Notes: generated by a model not told the origin, from the sequence alone. A stretch of 64,000 nt of DNA from Tubulanus polymorphus (GCF_964204645.1 NC_134028.1:16003653-16067652); one strand, 5' to 3'. Counted from the stretch's first letter, positions 47,401 to 59,106 are shown. Translations and numbers: made by a program.

Positions 47401-48414
47401 TCAACTGTCAAATACATTCATGTTAGCTCACATGGCAGTCACATTCCGATAACAATCCCTAAATTTCAAGATATAAAGATTGCAATCCAAACTTCTAAAG
47501 GCAATCTTCATGTTAAATATCGATTTTGAAAAAGTTTTATCGATGACTTTTATATGTTTTGCGCATTTTCCGGATGTTAGAACATGAACAATGAAAAACA
47601 CTTACTCCAAAATTTTTGATGACGAAGTCACTAAAATAAAATGACTCGGCGGTAATTTATTTGAATCGAGCGGGAGACCGTAACCACACATATATTTTGT
47701 TTTGGCCTAATATTACGTACAATCCTTTTAATTTATTATCATGTTGTTTATCGTAGAATAGTAAGTATGCCTACCATACCAAAACAGCTCGTTTTTCTGG
47801 CACTTACCTTGTGCAATCTTTGAATCAAGGAAAATCTCTTTGAAGTGCTTGGTTAATCGTGTTGCAGTATTCAACGGCAAGTTCAACTCGGCGATTAGCT
47901 CAGATGTTTTTGCTTCAGCTTTAGTAATATTTCGTTTTAAAGCAATTTCAGATGTTTCTTTCGTTTTAGTTAACAATGTTTGGATTGAAGGTGTTTTTGA
48001 CAGTGCTTTAGTCAAATCCTTGTGTCCTTGTGTTTCTATGTGCCTACGACAATCCGACTGCCCGCCATGAGAGCACGATATATTAATATTGTACGTCGAA
48101 CAGTATGCGAAACATTCTCCCTTTACAGACGGTTTTAAACAAGGCCACTTTCCAGAATAGAAGTCGATGAACCGTTGATTCGATTTCTTTGTAGCGGGTG
48201 ATGAATCGACGTCATTATCATCACCCGCGCTGGCACGCTTAGGCATTTTTATTCCCGCCCACACTGCGAACAGAACAATGGCTGCAGCGCGAAGGACTGT
48301 GGGTGAACTTAGTCTCGGCATAGAACTCAAGGTTTGCGTTCGAATCCCACTCAAAATTTTTATCGCGTGACATAAAAATTAACTACGGCGATATCGTAGG
48401 GGTAGGCAGGTCTG
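44474..48414 (-). mobile_element. hAT DNA transposon with 15-bp TIRs and a 6-bp TSD
   Basis: gtaaat|CAGACCTGCCTACCC...GGGTAGGCAGGTCTG|gtaaat. Confidence 0.88.
45003..48246 (-). pseudogene. Multi-exon hAT transposase, degenerate
   Basis: BED-like exon (AYCSTY...GGQSDCRRHIETQGH), STDGSND, GLDNTNVNVG, GCVLHLVH, TRWLS, and a dimerisation-like LSIPHSSA; gtaag donors visible. Confidence 0.8.
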
Positions 48415-49013
48415 GTAAATTGCATATAATTCAATATTCAACTCTCCCTGGTGGCGAGAAAAAAAACCTGCGTAACCCCAATTCCACATGAAAAGATGAA
48501 AACTATGACAGTGATACTATTCATCAAATGTCAAGACTATAAGTCAAATCCTTTTGATATTTTTCTGAAAAAACCTTTTTCTATCTACAAATGAGGACTG
48601 ATGACACTAAGATGGCTGCCGATTGTGTCATACTTGACTGATCAAAGAATCTGTTTGATATGTATAAAAGCCCTTCTCACAGTAAGGATCGTGAATTTCA
48701 ATGAAAAATAGCAATCCATTCAGAAGCTACAGGTCTCAGAATTCAGGGCATAAATAACTTTTTTGGGGCACAAAAAGGTCACTAGACGACCAGCTTGCGT
48801 CAACCCAATTTCGCTTATGTTTTTATCCACCTATGCTGCACAGGCATATGTGAAAGATCAAGACAATTGATCAAAGCGTTTTCAAAATTTCCCTAGAAAA
48901 CTTCAAAAATGTGTAAAAAGTGCTTATTCTGACAAACAACAATGACCGCTGGTCGGTTGATTCTAATCGGGCCAGTTTTTGGGCTGAAGATGTATCTGGG
49001 GTAGATACATGTA

Positions 49014-49852
49014 CAGTCAAACCCGCTTTATTCGGATCACTTGGGACCGCTAAAATTCGTCCGAGTTATGTGAAATCCGAATTAAATAGATAGCCTTTTG
49101 TGTAGCAATTTACCATGCCTCTACCATTGAAAATGACAACAATGAGTGTTGCACTTTAAATCGAAACAAAATATCAATTTTTATTGTATGTATTATTACA
49201 TTGTATCATGAATAAACTATACGCCATCGCAATATAAACAGTCTCAGTCTTTTTTCACAAAGAAGGCAGAAATCAATGTCTGCTTGGCGCGTTTCGGGAC
49301 GTCCCGTCGAAGAAAGTTCTCATATTTCCGAGAGAAAACCAATACTCCATCAACGAATTTCTCGTCGGTAGACTTGGCCAGTGCAAATCTGTTTAGAACA
49401 TCCAAAGCCCCATGAACGTCGGTGACTGTCGGGTTGGGCTTTAATATTACAGCACACTGTAAGGCCTACTATCGCAACAATCGATACCATTAGCCTATTC
49501 TAATAGACTGTTGCCCGATCGTATACTGTATATTGCAACGCAGCGACGCGTAATGGAGCATATCACTATGACTATCGAGCGTGGATTGCATCATGTCGCG
49601 TCGCATTGCACTGTCGCTTTGCTCTGTTATATATCAAAATTTATCATTCGAATAAAGTGGTGAGATTTCAAAGGATATGGACAAATGGGACTTGAAAATT
49701 CATCCGGAATAGCCGAAAATCCGAATAATACGAACCGAATTAAGTGAAATTTTTGTAAGGTATTATAATAAGAAACTGAAGGGACTTTTAAAAATCATCC
49801 GAGATACGTCAAAATCAGAGTAAAACCGATCCGAATAAAGCGGGCTTGACTG
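49014..49852 (-). mobile_element. pogo/Tigger-type non-autonomous element with TA TSD
   Basis: TA|CAGTCAAACCCGCTTTATTCGGATC...GATCCGAATAAAGCGGGCTTGACTG|TA; remnant C-terminus KRAKQTLISAFFVKKD*. Confidence 0.9.
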
Positions 49853-51867
49853 TATAAACCAAATATCAAGACTATCCATAGAAGCGTCTTCAAAACTTCT
49901 CAAAATAACTGGATTCCGTCTACGGATGGACGAATGACAAAGCAGCGATAACCGGTATTTGACCAACCTCACCATGCTAATCACAATGTAAGGGATTTAC
50001 ATTTGAAAGACTTTAGATGGATCACGCAGCTAGGTATGTTTTTCAAGTATCTAGCAATATAGTGAATAGATCTATAACCACACAGCAGCAGTCTGAGTGA
50101 CAAGTGTGTGAAGCACATACATACCATACATCGGCAAACTATTTCTAACCAGACCGGCAGGGTAACAAAATATTTCCAGCCAACCAAAATCACAAAATAT
50201 AAGCACTAATAATCACAAAATATAAGCACTAATAATCACATTGAATGGATTTTATAAAAAATAAGCACAAAAAAAAGCTCTTACAATTTATTTTACAAAA
50301 TAAGTACTTGTAGGACCCACAACGAAACCCTGTTTCATGAAGATTTTTTGGCCCAGAACTGGGAAAAGTAATAATAATAATGATAATCCAAAGAATTACA
50401 AGAGAGTCATCTGACATTCATCGGCAAAATTATACTTATTAAGCTAGATGTAAATGGACAAAACCTAATAACATCATAAGGGAGAAACTAACAAAAAGAC
50501 CATAAGGTCATATGGACGGAGACAGATGCTTAAAATTGGCTAATCATGTAATAGTTGGTAGTGGATTCAGGGGATTTTTTGTCAGTGATAAGATTTTAGT
50601 TTCTCGTTTAATTTTTTTTTTCACTGCGCACGCTACGAACATGATTTTTTGTTTCGTCACTCAGCTAGTCGGTCAATGTTATACACACAATCCAAGGTAG
50701 TAGTAGTCTCAATAGCCATGCAACTAACCACGTAGGTTGATTTTACCTACCTTGCATAATTGTCAATGATATTTTTAGTAGTGACAATAAAAATATTCCT
50801 CCCAACAACCAAATCAACTAAAGATTTCACAGAAATTGATCTTGAAATACAATCTTAAACCTTAAAAGAAAACCCGGAAGTAAAACAGTAGACGATACTG
50901 CAGGTTCACGTGAACACCTGCGGATTTCTGCGGCTAAGCCAATCATAGAGAAGTCTTTGCTTTGAGATTGGCTTTTGAAAACTGGTGATATTTCTCTGAT
51001 TTTTCTGCGAAAACCCTCATGTAAATCCCTTTATCAAAATTCAACTTGCTAGGTCTTGGAGAATGGATAATGCTTTAATGAATGATTTGTCTGAATATAT
51101 GCTCAGTTGCAATGTAAAGGGCCTTAGCTCTGGAATCCATGTCATTAAAATTCCCTCCATTTGTATAGTAATAGCCTACGGCTAGATTACCGCTTCAAAT
51201 GGCACAGTTTGCATAGATAATATGATGCAGGCATTACTGGTTATTTTTTGAAGAAAATCCCACACTCACACTGTCAAGAGGAAATCTGGGCTTGTGCAGT
51301 AGAGCCAATAATATATCAGTGTGCGAGCACCTGCGAGAATAGTGATTGTGACAACGCTTCATTGCTTAGTAAAAACTTGAGCATCTCAAAACTTTCATAA
51401 TTCAGGCAAATGATGCGTTACAGGAATCAGTTCTATCAAAAATACATAAAGAGGAAAAATGTACAACTTATTTCGTGAAAAACTGGGGGATTTAAAAAGG
51501 CTATAATTTCATCGTCTGAATAGCTACATTCGAAATATCGGTATCGGTTGAAGCAGAAGATTCAGGACTAAGCGATGATGTTTGTTTTGTATGAATTGAA
51601 ACAGTAAGTTTCGTATAACACTTAAATGAAAAAGTGTTCTTTTAGACTTTTTACAAGTAAGATTCACTAGCATTTCACCGGGTACTCAATTCCATGCAGC
51701 GCTGCTGGATGTCAGCACTACAGTTTTGTTCCAAATACGGCATCTTCTTGGCAAAACTCTGGAGTAGCCCGCTGGCTAATTATGATTCAAGTAAAAGCCA
51801 GATGTAATAGGCTCCATGTACTATAGTCTAGTACCTGTGCCTGGCAACTCTATATTCATTTACAACA

Positions 51868-52366
51868 ATGACAAGAAAACTGAATCAGGATTTTCTGAGT
51901 ACGATTTCAATTGAAGATATTTTAAACGGTGTACAGAATCAATTAGCATCTGATGGTCATATTCTTTTTTTTGAAACAAGGAAAAGACTATGTGATAAAT
52001 TTCTACTTGAAAAAACTCTTGTAAAATTCTTGATATCGCATTTAGTGCTAGCATTCAAAAACATTAACGCAGATTCTCAATGGCTCAAGGACCCTTACAT
52101 CCATTTCTTGCTTAATTGGAAGTTATTGCTATCGGATTACATCGGAAAACCATTGACTGACAAATATGTTAGTCAAACTGAAATTAGAAAATTTGTGTTG
52201 GGTTCAGACGAAACAACGGATATGGATATTGCTGCTCTTATCCACACCATCGCTCGATACGACAAATATTCGCATAGTAAACGAACAGGAGTTTAAAAAA
52301 CACAAGAAAGCTCTGATGAAGGTAAAAACAAATTCTGGTGTCACACTTGATGAATCAATCACGTAA
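51868..52366 (+). pseudogene. Unassigned frameshifted coding fragment (TE-derived or host exon)
   Basis: 142-codon ORF with protein-like composition that appears to continue in a shifted frame; no motif recognised. Confidence 0.3.
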
Positions 52367-52387
52367 TGGATTTCCATAATCGAAATA

Positions 52388-52979
52388 CCGTAAAAACCGG
52401 CGTATAAGTCTACGCGGCGTATAAGTCGAGGTCGATTTTTAGACCTACATTTCATGATTTTAACATATATCCGGCTTATAAGTCGAGTCCCTTCTCTTAG
52501 AAGAATAATTACTTGTATCATTATATTGAATAGTTTGTTTTGATAACGATGTGCGCCTTCACGCACCCCGCCGCGTGTCAGCCTGATTGCTGCTGTGTGT
52601 TAATCAATAGACTATTACACACACACTCAGGTATAATACACTACCATACAGTGATAGAGTAGTGTGAGTCACACGCTATATATAGCCTAATGTATTAAGC
52701 GCTGCTATGAGCGCGCATATATGAATACATCGTTTTAAATGAAGCTGTGTCAAAATTAAAGAAGTTTTTTTCATTAAATAACTTTATTTATCATGAATAA
52801 TTATTCAAACTGTTATAGCAGTGAGAAGATGAACACTGTCTTTTTTGTCTGGTAGAATCAATATTTCTTGTGACCTGAAAATACTTAGTAGAAAACTGTA
52901 CTCGGCGTATAAGTCGAGGTCAATAATTTAGTGGTAAAATCAAGGGTTAAAAACTCGACTTATACGCCGGTTTTTACGG
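52388..52979. mobile_element. Tc1/mariner-pogo MITE with TA TSD
   Basis: TA|CCGTAAAAACCGGCGTATAAGTC...GACTTATACGCCGGTTTTTACGG|TA, with internal tataagtcgag repeats. Confidence 0.9.
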
Positions 52980-53865
52980 TATTCCAATTTCTTTTAGATT
53001 GCCACTAATGCAGTTTTACCGAACAAAGAAATGGAATCTGTTTTCATAAACTTGACAACTACCAGGCTTGGAATGGCATTAGCCATATATACATACACAC
53101 ACAGGAAATAAAGCGATTCAAATTTACAGGGGCGGATCCAGGGGCATGTTGTGACCATGTGACCAATAAAAAGGGCATTATTCTTAATTTAGGGCGGATA
53201 GGCATATCAGCAAAATTTTTAATATTTTACTATTATTTTAGAGCTTTCTGAGGCATTTAGTCAAGAAACATAAGTTACATATTTAGGAAAAATTACAATT
53301 TTTGGAACTAAAATTTGTATTTCCGAGTAGTACTTACCCTTTCCTATGGTTTTTGCCAATATTTTCTAAATTTGGATTTATCGCCAATGGTTTTTCTATA
53401 CGACCCGGCCCTGCGGTATTGCATTTAGCCACCGGCGAAATCCGCCATCTTTTTTCGTCATAGCAGACCAAAAAAAAAAAACAATGCGGGGCAGGTGGGC
53501 GGGATTCCCACCATAGGAAAGGGTAAGTACTACTCGGAAATACAAATTTTAGTTCCAAAAATTGTAATATTTCCATCGAGTACTGTACCCTTTCCTATGG
53601 TTTTTGCTAGACTAGCCTAGCACAAGGATGGTGGGAAAGGTAGATAGAAAAACCACCGCTCGAACGCAAGGTAAGAGGGAAAAAGAGAGCACTTACCCAA
53701 GCACGGAAGGAGCACTGTAGCACAGGGAAGACCGGTTGGCCACAGTGAGTCCGTCCAGCTCAGGAGCCCCCCCCAGAATTTTGCGAAATTAATACTTGCA
53801 GATATGAGCCCAAACTATGTACAAGGATACACCCCCTGTGATCCTGATAATGCTACATAAATATT

Positions 53866-56793
53866 CTACACTAAAGGGTCCGATCGGAAAGAACGGACAC
53901 CTTGAGCCATGACAACAGGACCAAGTGAAGCTAATGAGCCTAACTGGCCTGAAACATCCCGTAAATAAAATGACGTGAATGTCGACGGTGAATTCCAAAA
54001 GGCGGCCCGACAGACTTCCTCCAACGGAGCACCCGAAAAGGCTGCGCAGGAAGTAGCCATAGACCACACTTGATGAGAAACGACTCCCTCCGAGGAAAGA
54101 TTCTCCTTCAATAAAATGTCCTTGATCATTGAAGAGACCCATCGGGCTACTGTGTCCCGCGAAATATCACCCTTTAGGTGATCCAGCAGCGGAATAAATA
54201 ACCGCTCCCGTGAACCCCTCCGTGAAGCAGAGCGATCTAAATAGAAACACAACGCCCGCACAGGACATAAAGTCCTGTCCGGGATGCCCGGTTCCACTCG
54301 ATGTTTTAGGGCTTCAATTCGCCATTGACGCCCAACCGAGCCTGGTCGTTGGTTCTTTGCCAAAAATTCCAAAGCAGGCCGCAGCGAAACAAATTCATTC
54401 GCTGGCCCAAAGACAATGTGACCTTGTCGGACTGAAAGCGCATGAATCTCAGAGCGACGGGCCGAGCAAGCCAAGAACAGCAAAAATACAGTCTTTTTTG
54501 ACAAATTTGCAAAAGACGCTGCCGAAAGAGGTTCAAATGGAGCCTCCATTAACTTCTTCAAAATTACAGACAGATCCCATGGTGGAACTGTCCTTGTTAC
54601 CCGAGGCCGGGAAATAGAAAACCCAGCAACCAGCTGGGATATCCGATGATCCCCTGCTACATTTGGCCATCCAGAAGCACGCAATGTATGAGAAATCGCG
54701 GAGCGGTAACCTTTAATAGTTATGACCTGTAAACCTTTTGCTACAAATAGGTGCAGTAAAAAATCTGCCAATTGAGCTACAGAGGGTGAGCATGGATCAA
54801 TTTCCCCTGCAGCACACCAATCCGCAAAATGACTCCATTTGGCATCGTAAATGGTACTTGTTGATGGCCGCTTAGATCCTGCGATAAAGGAGGCAGCCTG
54901 TTCTGAAAAGCCTGAAGCTGACAAGGATCGCTGGACAATGGCCAGGCGAGCAGATTTAACCACTGGCTGTTTGGATGATGCCGAAAGATCCCCTGAGACA
55001 GAAGCGATGGGAAATTCGGAAGAATCCTGGGGTTGTCGCACAGTAGGTTGAGAAGTGGTAGGAACCATTTCTGAGCCGGCCAACATGGTGCTATCAGAAC
55101 TATGTTGCAATTGACTGATCTCTCTATTTGATCCAGTAGGCGCGGCAGGACTGGTGTGGGCGGGAACGCATACGCATGCATCCCCGACCAGTCCAGAGAG
55201 AAGGCATCGACCCCCCACGCTTCCGCGTCTGGAAACGGGGACACAAACAGAGGACACCTCCGATTGAACCGGGTGGCAAACAGATCCAGCAGCGGATTGC
55301 CAAAAATGCCCCGAACCCGATCGACTACTTCTTGGTGGAGAACCCATTCTGTCGCAATAGCCTGACCTCGACGAGACAGAGCATCGGCCATCACGTTCCT
55401 TTTCCCTGCTAAATGTGCCACAGTCAGGGACACGCCCTTTGTCTGGCACCAAAGAAGAATTTTGGCCGACAGACCTGTGAGGGTTTCTGAGTGAGTGCCC
55501 CCTTGGTTCTGAAGGTAAGCCCTCACTGTTGAATTGTCCGTGGCTAACCAAACGTGGTGGCCCTCCACTCTCCTGTGAAAGAACTTCAGGGCCTTCCACA
55601 CGGCCAGCATTTCTAGGAAATTTATGTGGTTGGTGGCCTCGTAGCGAGACCATTTCCCGGCTTTGACTCGGTTCTCCAGATGTGCCCCCCAACCTTGGTG
55701 ACTGGCATCCGTGAATACACGAACTGGAGCCTCTAACGGGGCTAGTGACACCCCGAGCCGAAGATTCGTAGTGGCCGCCCACCACTGAAGATCCGGACTT
55801 AGATCGGTTGGAGGTACGGGAATCAAGGCCTCCCAGTTGCCCTTCGACTGAGACCAGAAGACCTTCCAATATTGTTGCAAGCGCCTGCTTCTGAGGCGGC
55901 CTAAGGGCACCACCAGACCCATGGAGCTGATGGAGCCTAGAAGCCGTGACCAGTAACGAGCTGTTCTCGGGGTTGTGGACACTCCCGCTACAGCTTCTTG
56001 AAGTTTGGCCACTCGAACCATAGACGGAAAGACTTTGCCGATTCGGAGATCGAAGTCCATGCCGAGATAAGTGAACTGTTGGGCCGGCGTCAACTGAGAT
56101 TTTTCCCTGTTTACGCGGAACCCTAGCTGATGGACTAAGTCCAAGACTGAGGTCATTGCCTCCCGACATTCCTGAGCCGAATTCGCGACTATTAACCAGT
56201 CGTCGAGGTAAACGAACAGTCGAACACCCCTTGACTGAAGTACCTTCTGAACTGACTTGACCAACTTGGTGAAAACCCACGGGGCCGTACTGAGGCCAAA
56301 TGGAAGAGACCTGAATTGGAACTGGCGGCCTTTCCACTTTATCCTGAGAAATCGCCGAGATTTTGGGTGAATTGGAACCTGAAAGTAAGCATCCTTCAGG
56401 TCCAATGAAGCCGCCCATTGACCCGGACGGAGCCCTTGAATCACGTCCTTGGGCTTGGTCATCCGGAACCTTGGAATGTCTAGGTGCCGATTGAGGGATG
56501 ACAGATCTATCACTGTCCGTTGACCCCCTGTGGCCTTTGGTACCATGAATATTCGAGAAAACCAGCCGGGAGAAGTTTCGTTGCAAACTGGTTCTATCGC
56601 TCCCTTCTCTGCCAGTTCCTTGAGAGCCGGAGAGATTAAGGCCTCCTGACCTGGTTTTGGCCGCATGTCGGGAGGTGACCTCGTCAGGCGCGGTCGCCTT
56701 AGGAAACGGAGACGGTAGCCACGAGAGACGACCCGGGAGGGCCAACCATCTCCAAAAAGGTCGGACCAGTGGGTTGCTGCCTTCTGCAGACAA
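53866..56793 (-). CDS. DIRS tyrosine recombinase ORF (YR in the C-terminal ~360 aa; long N-terminal frame overlapping RT)
   Basis: STSTIYDAKW, TIKGYRSAI, PPWDL, SARRSEIHAL, LCPVRAL, HQVWS, FWNSPSTFTSFY. Confidence 0.9.
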   Translation of the reverse strand: MSAEGSNPLVRPFWRWLALPGRLSWLPSPFPKATAPDEVTSRHAAKTRSGGLNLSGSQGTGREGSDRTSLQRNFSRLVFSNIHGTKGHRGSTDSDRSVIPQSAPRHSKVPDDQAQGRDSRAPSGSMGGFIGPEGCLLSGSNSPKISAISQDKVERPPVPIQVSSIWPQYGPVGFHQVGQVSSEGTSVKGCSTVRLPRRLVNSREFGSGMSGGNDLSLGLSPSARVPRKQGKISVDAGPTVHLSRHGLRSPNRQSLSVYGSSGQTSRSCSGSVHNPENSSLLVTASRLHQLHGSGGALRPPQKQALATILEGLLVSVEGQLGGLDSRTSNRSKSGSSVVGGHYESSARGVTSPVRGSSSCIHGCQSPRLGGTSGEPSQSREMVSLRGHQPHKFPRNAGRVEGPEVLSQESGGPPRLVSHGQFNSEGLPSEPRGHSLRNPHRSVGQNSSLVPDKGRVPDCGTFSREKERDGRCSVSSRSGYCDRMGSPPRSSRSGSGHFWQSAAGSVCHPVQSEVSSVCVPVSRRGSVGGRCLLSGLVGDACVCVPAHTSPAAPTGSNREISQLQHSSDSTMLAGSEMVPTTSQPTVRQPQDSSEFPIASVSGDLSASSKQPVVKSARLAIVQRSLSASGFSEQAASFIAGSKRPSTSTIYDAKWSHFADWCAAGEIDPCSPSVAQLADFLLHLFVAKGLQVITIKGYRSAISHTLRASGWPNVAGDHRISQLVAGFSISRPRVTRTVPPWDLSVILKKLMEAPFEPLSAASFANLSKKTVFLLFLACSARRSEIHALSVRQGHIVFGPANEFVSLRPALEFLAKNQRPGSVGRQWRIEALKHRVEPGIPDRTLCPVRALCFYLDRSASRRGSRERLFIPLLDHLKGDISRDTVARWVSSMIKDILLKENLSSEGVVSHQVWSMATSCAAFSGAPLEEVCRAAFWNSPSTFTSFYLRDVSGQLGSLASLGPVVMAQGVRSFRSDPLV

Positions 56794-56948
56794 CCTCCCA
56801 CTGGTCCCAAGAATTCATTTCGAGTTTTTCCGAAAGGAAGAGCCCCTTTTTGGAGCCTTCCCCTTGCCTCGATACGAACCGGAACTGTTACGACCGGACG
56901 AGGCTTGACACGATTGTTGAAGTTGCGCGCTAGTTCTCCAACCGGCAT
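54777..56948 (-). CDS. DIRS reverse transcriptase - RNase H - methyltransferase-like ORF
   Basis: LDLKDAYFQVP, LPFGLSTAP, YLDDW; FTDAS, HINFLE, TDN, NVMADALSR; DLFAT...DAFSLDW...YAFPP. Confidence 0.95.
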   Translation of the reverse strand: MPVGELARNFNNRVKPRPVVTVPVRIEARGRLQKGALPFGKTRNEFLGPVGGCLQKAATHWSDLFGDGWPSRVVSRGYRLRFLRRPRLTRSPPDMRPKPGQEALISPALKELAEKGAIEPVCNETSPGWFSRIFMVPKATGGQRTVIDLSSLNRHLDIPRFRMTKPKDVIQGLRPGQWAASLDLKDAYFQVPIHPKSRRFLRIKWKGRQFQFRSLPFGLSTAPWVFTKLVKSVQKVLQSRGVRLFVYLDDWLIVANSAQECREAMTSVLDLVHQLGFRVNREKSQLTPAQQFTYLGMDFDLRIGKVFPSMVRVAKLQEAVAGVSTTPRTARYWSRLLGSISSMGLVVPLGRLRSRRLQQYWKVFWSQSKGNWEALIPVPPTDLSPDLQWWAATTNLRLGVSLAPLEAPVRVFTDASHQGWGAHLENRVKAGKWSRYEATNHINFLEMLAVWKALKFFHRRVEGHHVWLATDNSTVRAYLQNQGGTHSETLTGLSAKILLWCQTKGVSLTVAHLAGKRNVMADALSRRGQAIATEWVLHQEVVDRVRGIFGNPLLDLFATRFNRRCPLFVSPFPDAEAWGVDAFSLDWSGMHAYAFPPTPVLPRLLDQIERSVNCNIVLIAPCWPAQKWFLPLLNLLCDNPRILPNFPSLLSQGIFRHHPNSQWLNLLAWPLSSDPCQLQAFQNRLPPLSQDLSGHQQVPFTMPNGVILRIGVLQGKLIHAHPL

Positions 56949-59106
56949 CCGAAGCCGCCTGAGAAAGCGCTGAAGTTTGAGATGGTCCTGTTTGCGTCCG
57001 TGCCGAACCTTGCGCCGCCGGCGTCGAACCAGAACGCTTTTTCCACGGAGTTCGGGGGTTGGACTTGGCCTGAACCTCCCGAATCTTCCTCAGCTCTGCG
57101 GAAACCGGAGCGCACCAACCGGAGAAGAGACGTGAAGACGTCCCCAATGGGGCTCTCAGCAAAGCATTGGACACCATATCCGGTAGACGAGTTTTGGCAC
57201 TGGAGTCCATCACTGACTGACGGGAGGCTAACACCAGATTAGCCTGACCCCGAACCGACAACGGAATTACATGCGAAACAGACCGAGCCAAAGATTGGAT
57301 AATCCGGTCCATTCCCTCCAGTTTTAGGGCAACTGACTCTGGGTCGGAGCCCGCATGAACGGCGGCGTGAGTCTCGCGAAGCTCACCCGTCAACACCTTA
57401 AGTGCCATATCTTGAAACGAACCAACCCTGGTAAGATTGTCCAGGATTGACGTCATGGCCACCAAACCGGACTTAGGCAAACGAATACCCGACTGTGCTG
57501 TAACAGTATCCGGGCTGATCAAAGTATAATCAGCATCCAGGCAGTTATGACTGTGATCCACAGCACCTGGAGTTGCGTAATACGCCGAGCGAAATGCGCC
57601 TATAGGTGGATCGGTTGAACTAAAATATTTCCCAGATTTCATACCCCGTTCTGGAGGGGGAAATGAAAAAGTTTCAGGCCGACATTCACCCCATAATTGC
57701 GTATCCAATCGAGCCCATTCTCTTGAAACCGCTGACGATTCCCGTAAAACGTTAAGATCGGAGTCCGGAGGGCGATAAGCTTCCATTGACTCACCGACCA
57801 GAGGAGCTGCTGTGGGCTTAGCGCGAGTTGCCCCGTGCTTGACAAAGAACTCACTTATCATCGCTCTAAATGGCATGTCCCCCGCTGGTTCGGATAAAAC
57901 TGAACGGGACGGAGATACATTGCGAGCCAGGGAAGCCCCCATCGTCTGGGGCAACCCACAATTGCTTGCGACAGGAACGACCCCAGAAGGAATTGCCGCC
58001 TCTGGGACCGGATCCTCATTGAAATCAGACCCTACCGCAGCATCCAGGAATTCAGAGTCAGAATTCCGAAAAACTGAGTGGGCTGGCGAACTTCTAACCG
58101 GACAATCAGGAATAGGCTTACCTGTTGTAGAAGTTGCAGCGACTTGTTGCGACGAAGATAACAAGTTTAAAATTTTCTCCTCAAATACATGGAAATCCTT
58201 CTGAGTCAGGTATTTTCCAGTATCCCGACGATCATGCCGACTTCGGTGACGGTCCCTCGAACGGGATCGCGACCTACTAGAAGAATCGCTTTCATCGCTA
58301 ACCGACGTCGACGAACGATGAGAAGACCGACGGCGAAACTTCCGACAATAACGATCGTAGTCCCTCTCGCGATCAAACCTTGATCTGCGAGAAGGAGATC
58401 TTGCTCGTTTATTACGCTCACGGCGTCTAAATCTAGTGGGAGAGCGAGCTCTATCCCCGGAGCGACGATCAGAATCAGACGATGAACGTACCGGATGTTT
58501 TGAACCGGACGACGTCTGGACCGGACCGGTGGCCGAACCGGACCGAACCGGACCGATGCCCGACCCGGACCGGACCGGTACCGACCGAACCGGTGCGGGC
58601 CGTTCGCGACTACCGCGGCGCGCGCTCGGTTCCGAACATGTAGTCTGAACCGGCCGAACCGGCCGAACCGGTGAACGACCAGAGACCGGTGAATGACCGG
58701 AGACCGGTGCCGGTGAACGACCAGAGACCGGTGAATGACCGGAGACCGGTGCCGGTGAACCAGCGTTCCTCCCCGGTGAACGGAGTTGGGAAGCCGATCG
58801 TACCTGAACGACCGGCGACCGCTCCGCTTTACGATAAGAAACAGGATTAGAAACGTCGGTTGGCACATCGGCCGAAACCGACGAATCCCTGCTAACTCGA
58901 CGACGATCTCTTAGTTTAAGAGCCTTATCGGCCCGAAGCCAAAGGTCCTCGGACCACACGACGCAAATATTGCAAGGATTGCTCCTTGCACATATTTGAC
59001 CGGATTTGCGCCTGCACGACGCACATGAATCGTGGTTGTCCCAGGCGCCAAACAAATGCCCGCATCCCTCCCCGCCACGATGCTGACCCTTAGGAGGGGG
59101 TGGCAT
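56815..59106 (-). CDS. DIRS ORF1 (gag-like)
   Basis: N-terminal Cys/His cluster (CGH...DNHDSCASC...CARSNPCNIC), Arg/Ser-rich region and a 42-bp tandem repeat; ATG at 59106. Confidence 0.85.
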   Translation of the reverse strand: MPPPPKGQHRGGEGCGHLFGAWDNHDSCASCRRKSGQICARSNPCNICVVWSEDLWLRADKALKLRDRRRVSRDSSVSADVPTDVSNPVSYRKAERSPVVQVRSASQLRSPGRNAGSPAPVSGHSPVSGRSPAPVSGHSPVSGRSPVRPVRPVQTTCSEPSARRGSRERPAPVRSVPVRSGSGIGPVRSGSATGPVQTSSGSKHPVRSSSDSDRRSGDRARSPTRFRRRERNKRARSPSRRSRFDRERDYDRYCRKFRRRSSHRSSTSVSDESDSSSRSRSRSRDRHRSRHDRRDTGKYLTQKDFHVFEEKILNLLSSSQQVAATSTTGKPIPDCPVRSSPAHSVFRNSDSEFLDAAVGSDFNEDPVPEAAIPSGVVPVASNCGLPQTMGASLARNVSPSRSVLSEPAGDMPFRAMISEFFVKHGATRAKPTAAPLVGESMEAYRPPDSDLNVLRESSAVSREWARLDTQLWGECRPETFSFPPPERGMKSGKYFSSTDPPIGAFRSAYYATPGAVDHSHNCLDADYTLISPDTVTAQSGIRLPKSGLVAMTSILDNLTRVGSFQDMALKVLTGELRETHAAVHAGSDPESVALKLEGMDRIIQSLARSVSHVIPLSVRGQANLVLASRQSVMDSSAKTRLPDMVSNALLRAPLGTSSRLFSGWCAPVSAELRKIREVQAKSNPRTPWKKRSGSTPAAQGSARTQTGPSQTSALSQAASDAGWRTSAQLQQSCQASSGRNSSGSYRGKGKAPKRGSSFRKNSK

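Noticed and set aside
54950-56793. N-terminal ~600 aa of the 975-aa ORF as a novel protein domain
   Set aside because: Ser/Gly/Arg-rich alternative frame of the RT gene; long overlaps are a known DIRS feature and no motif is recognisable.
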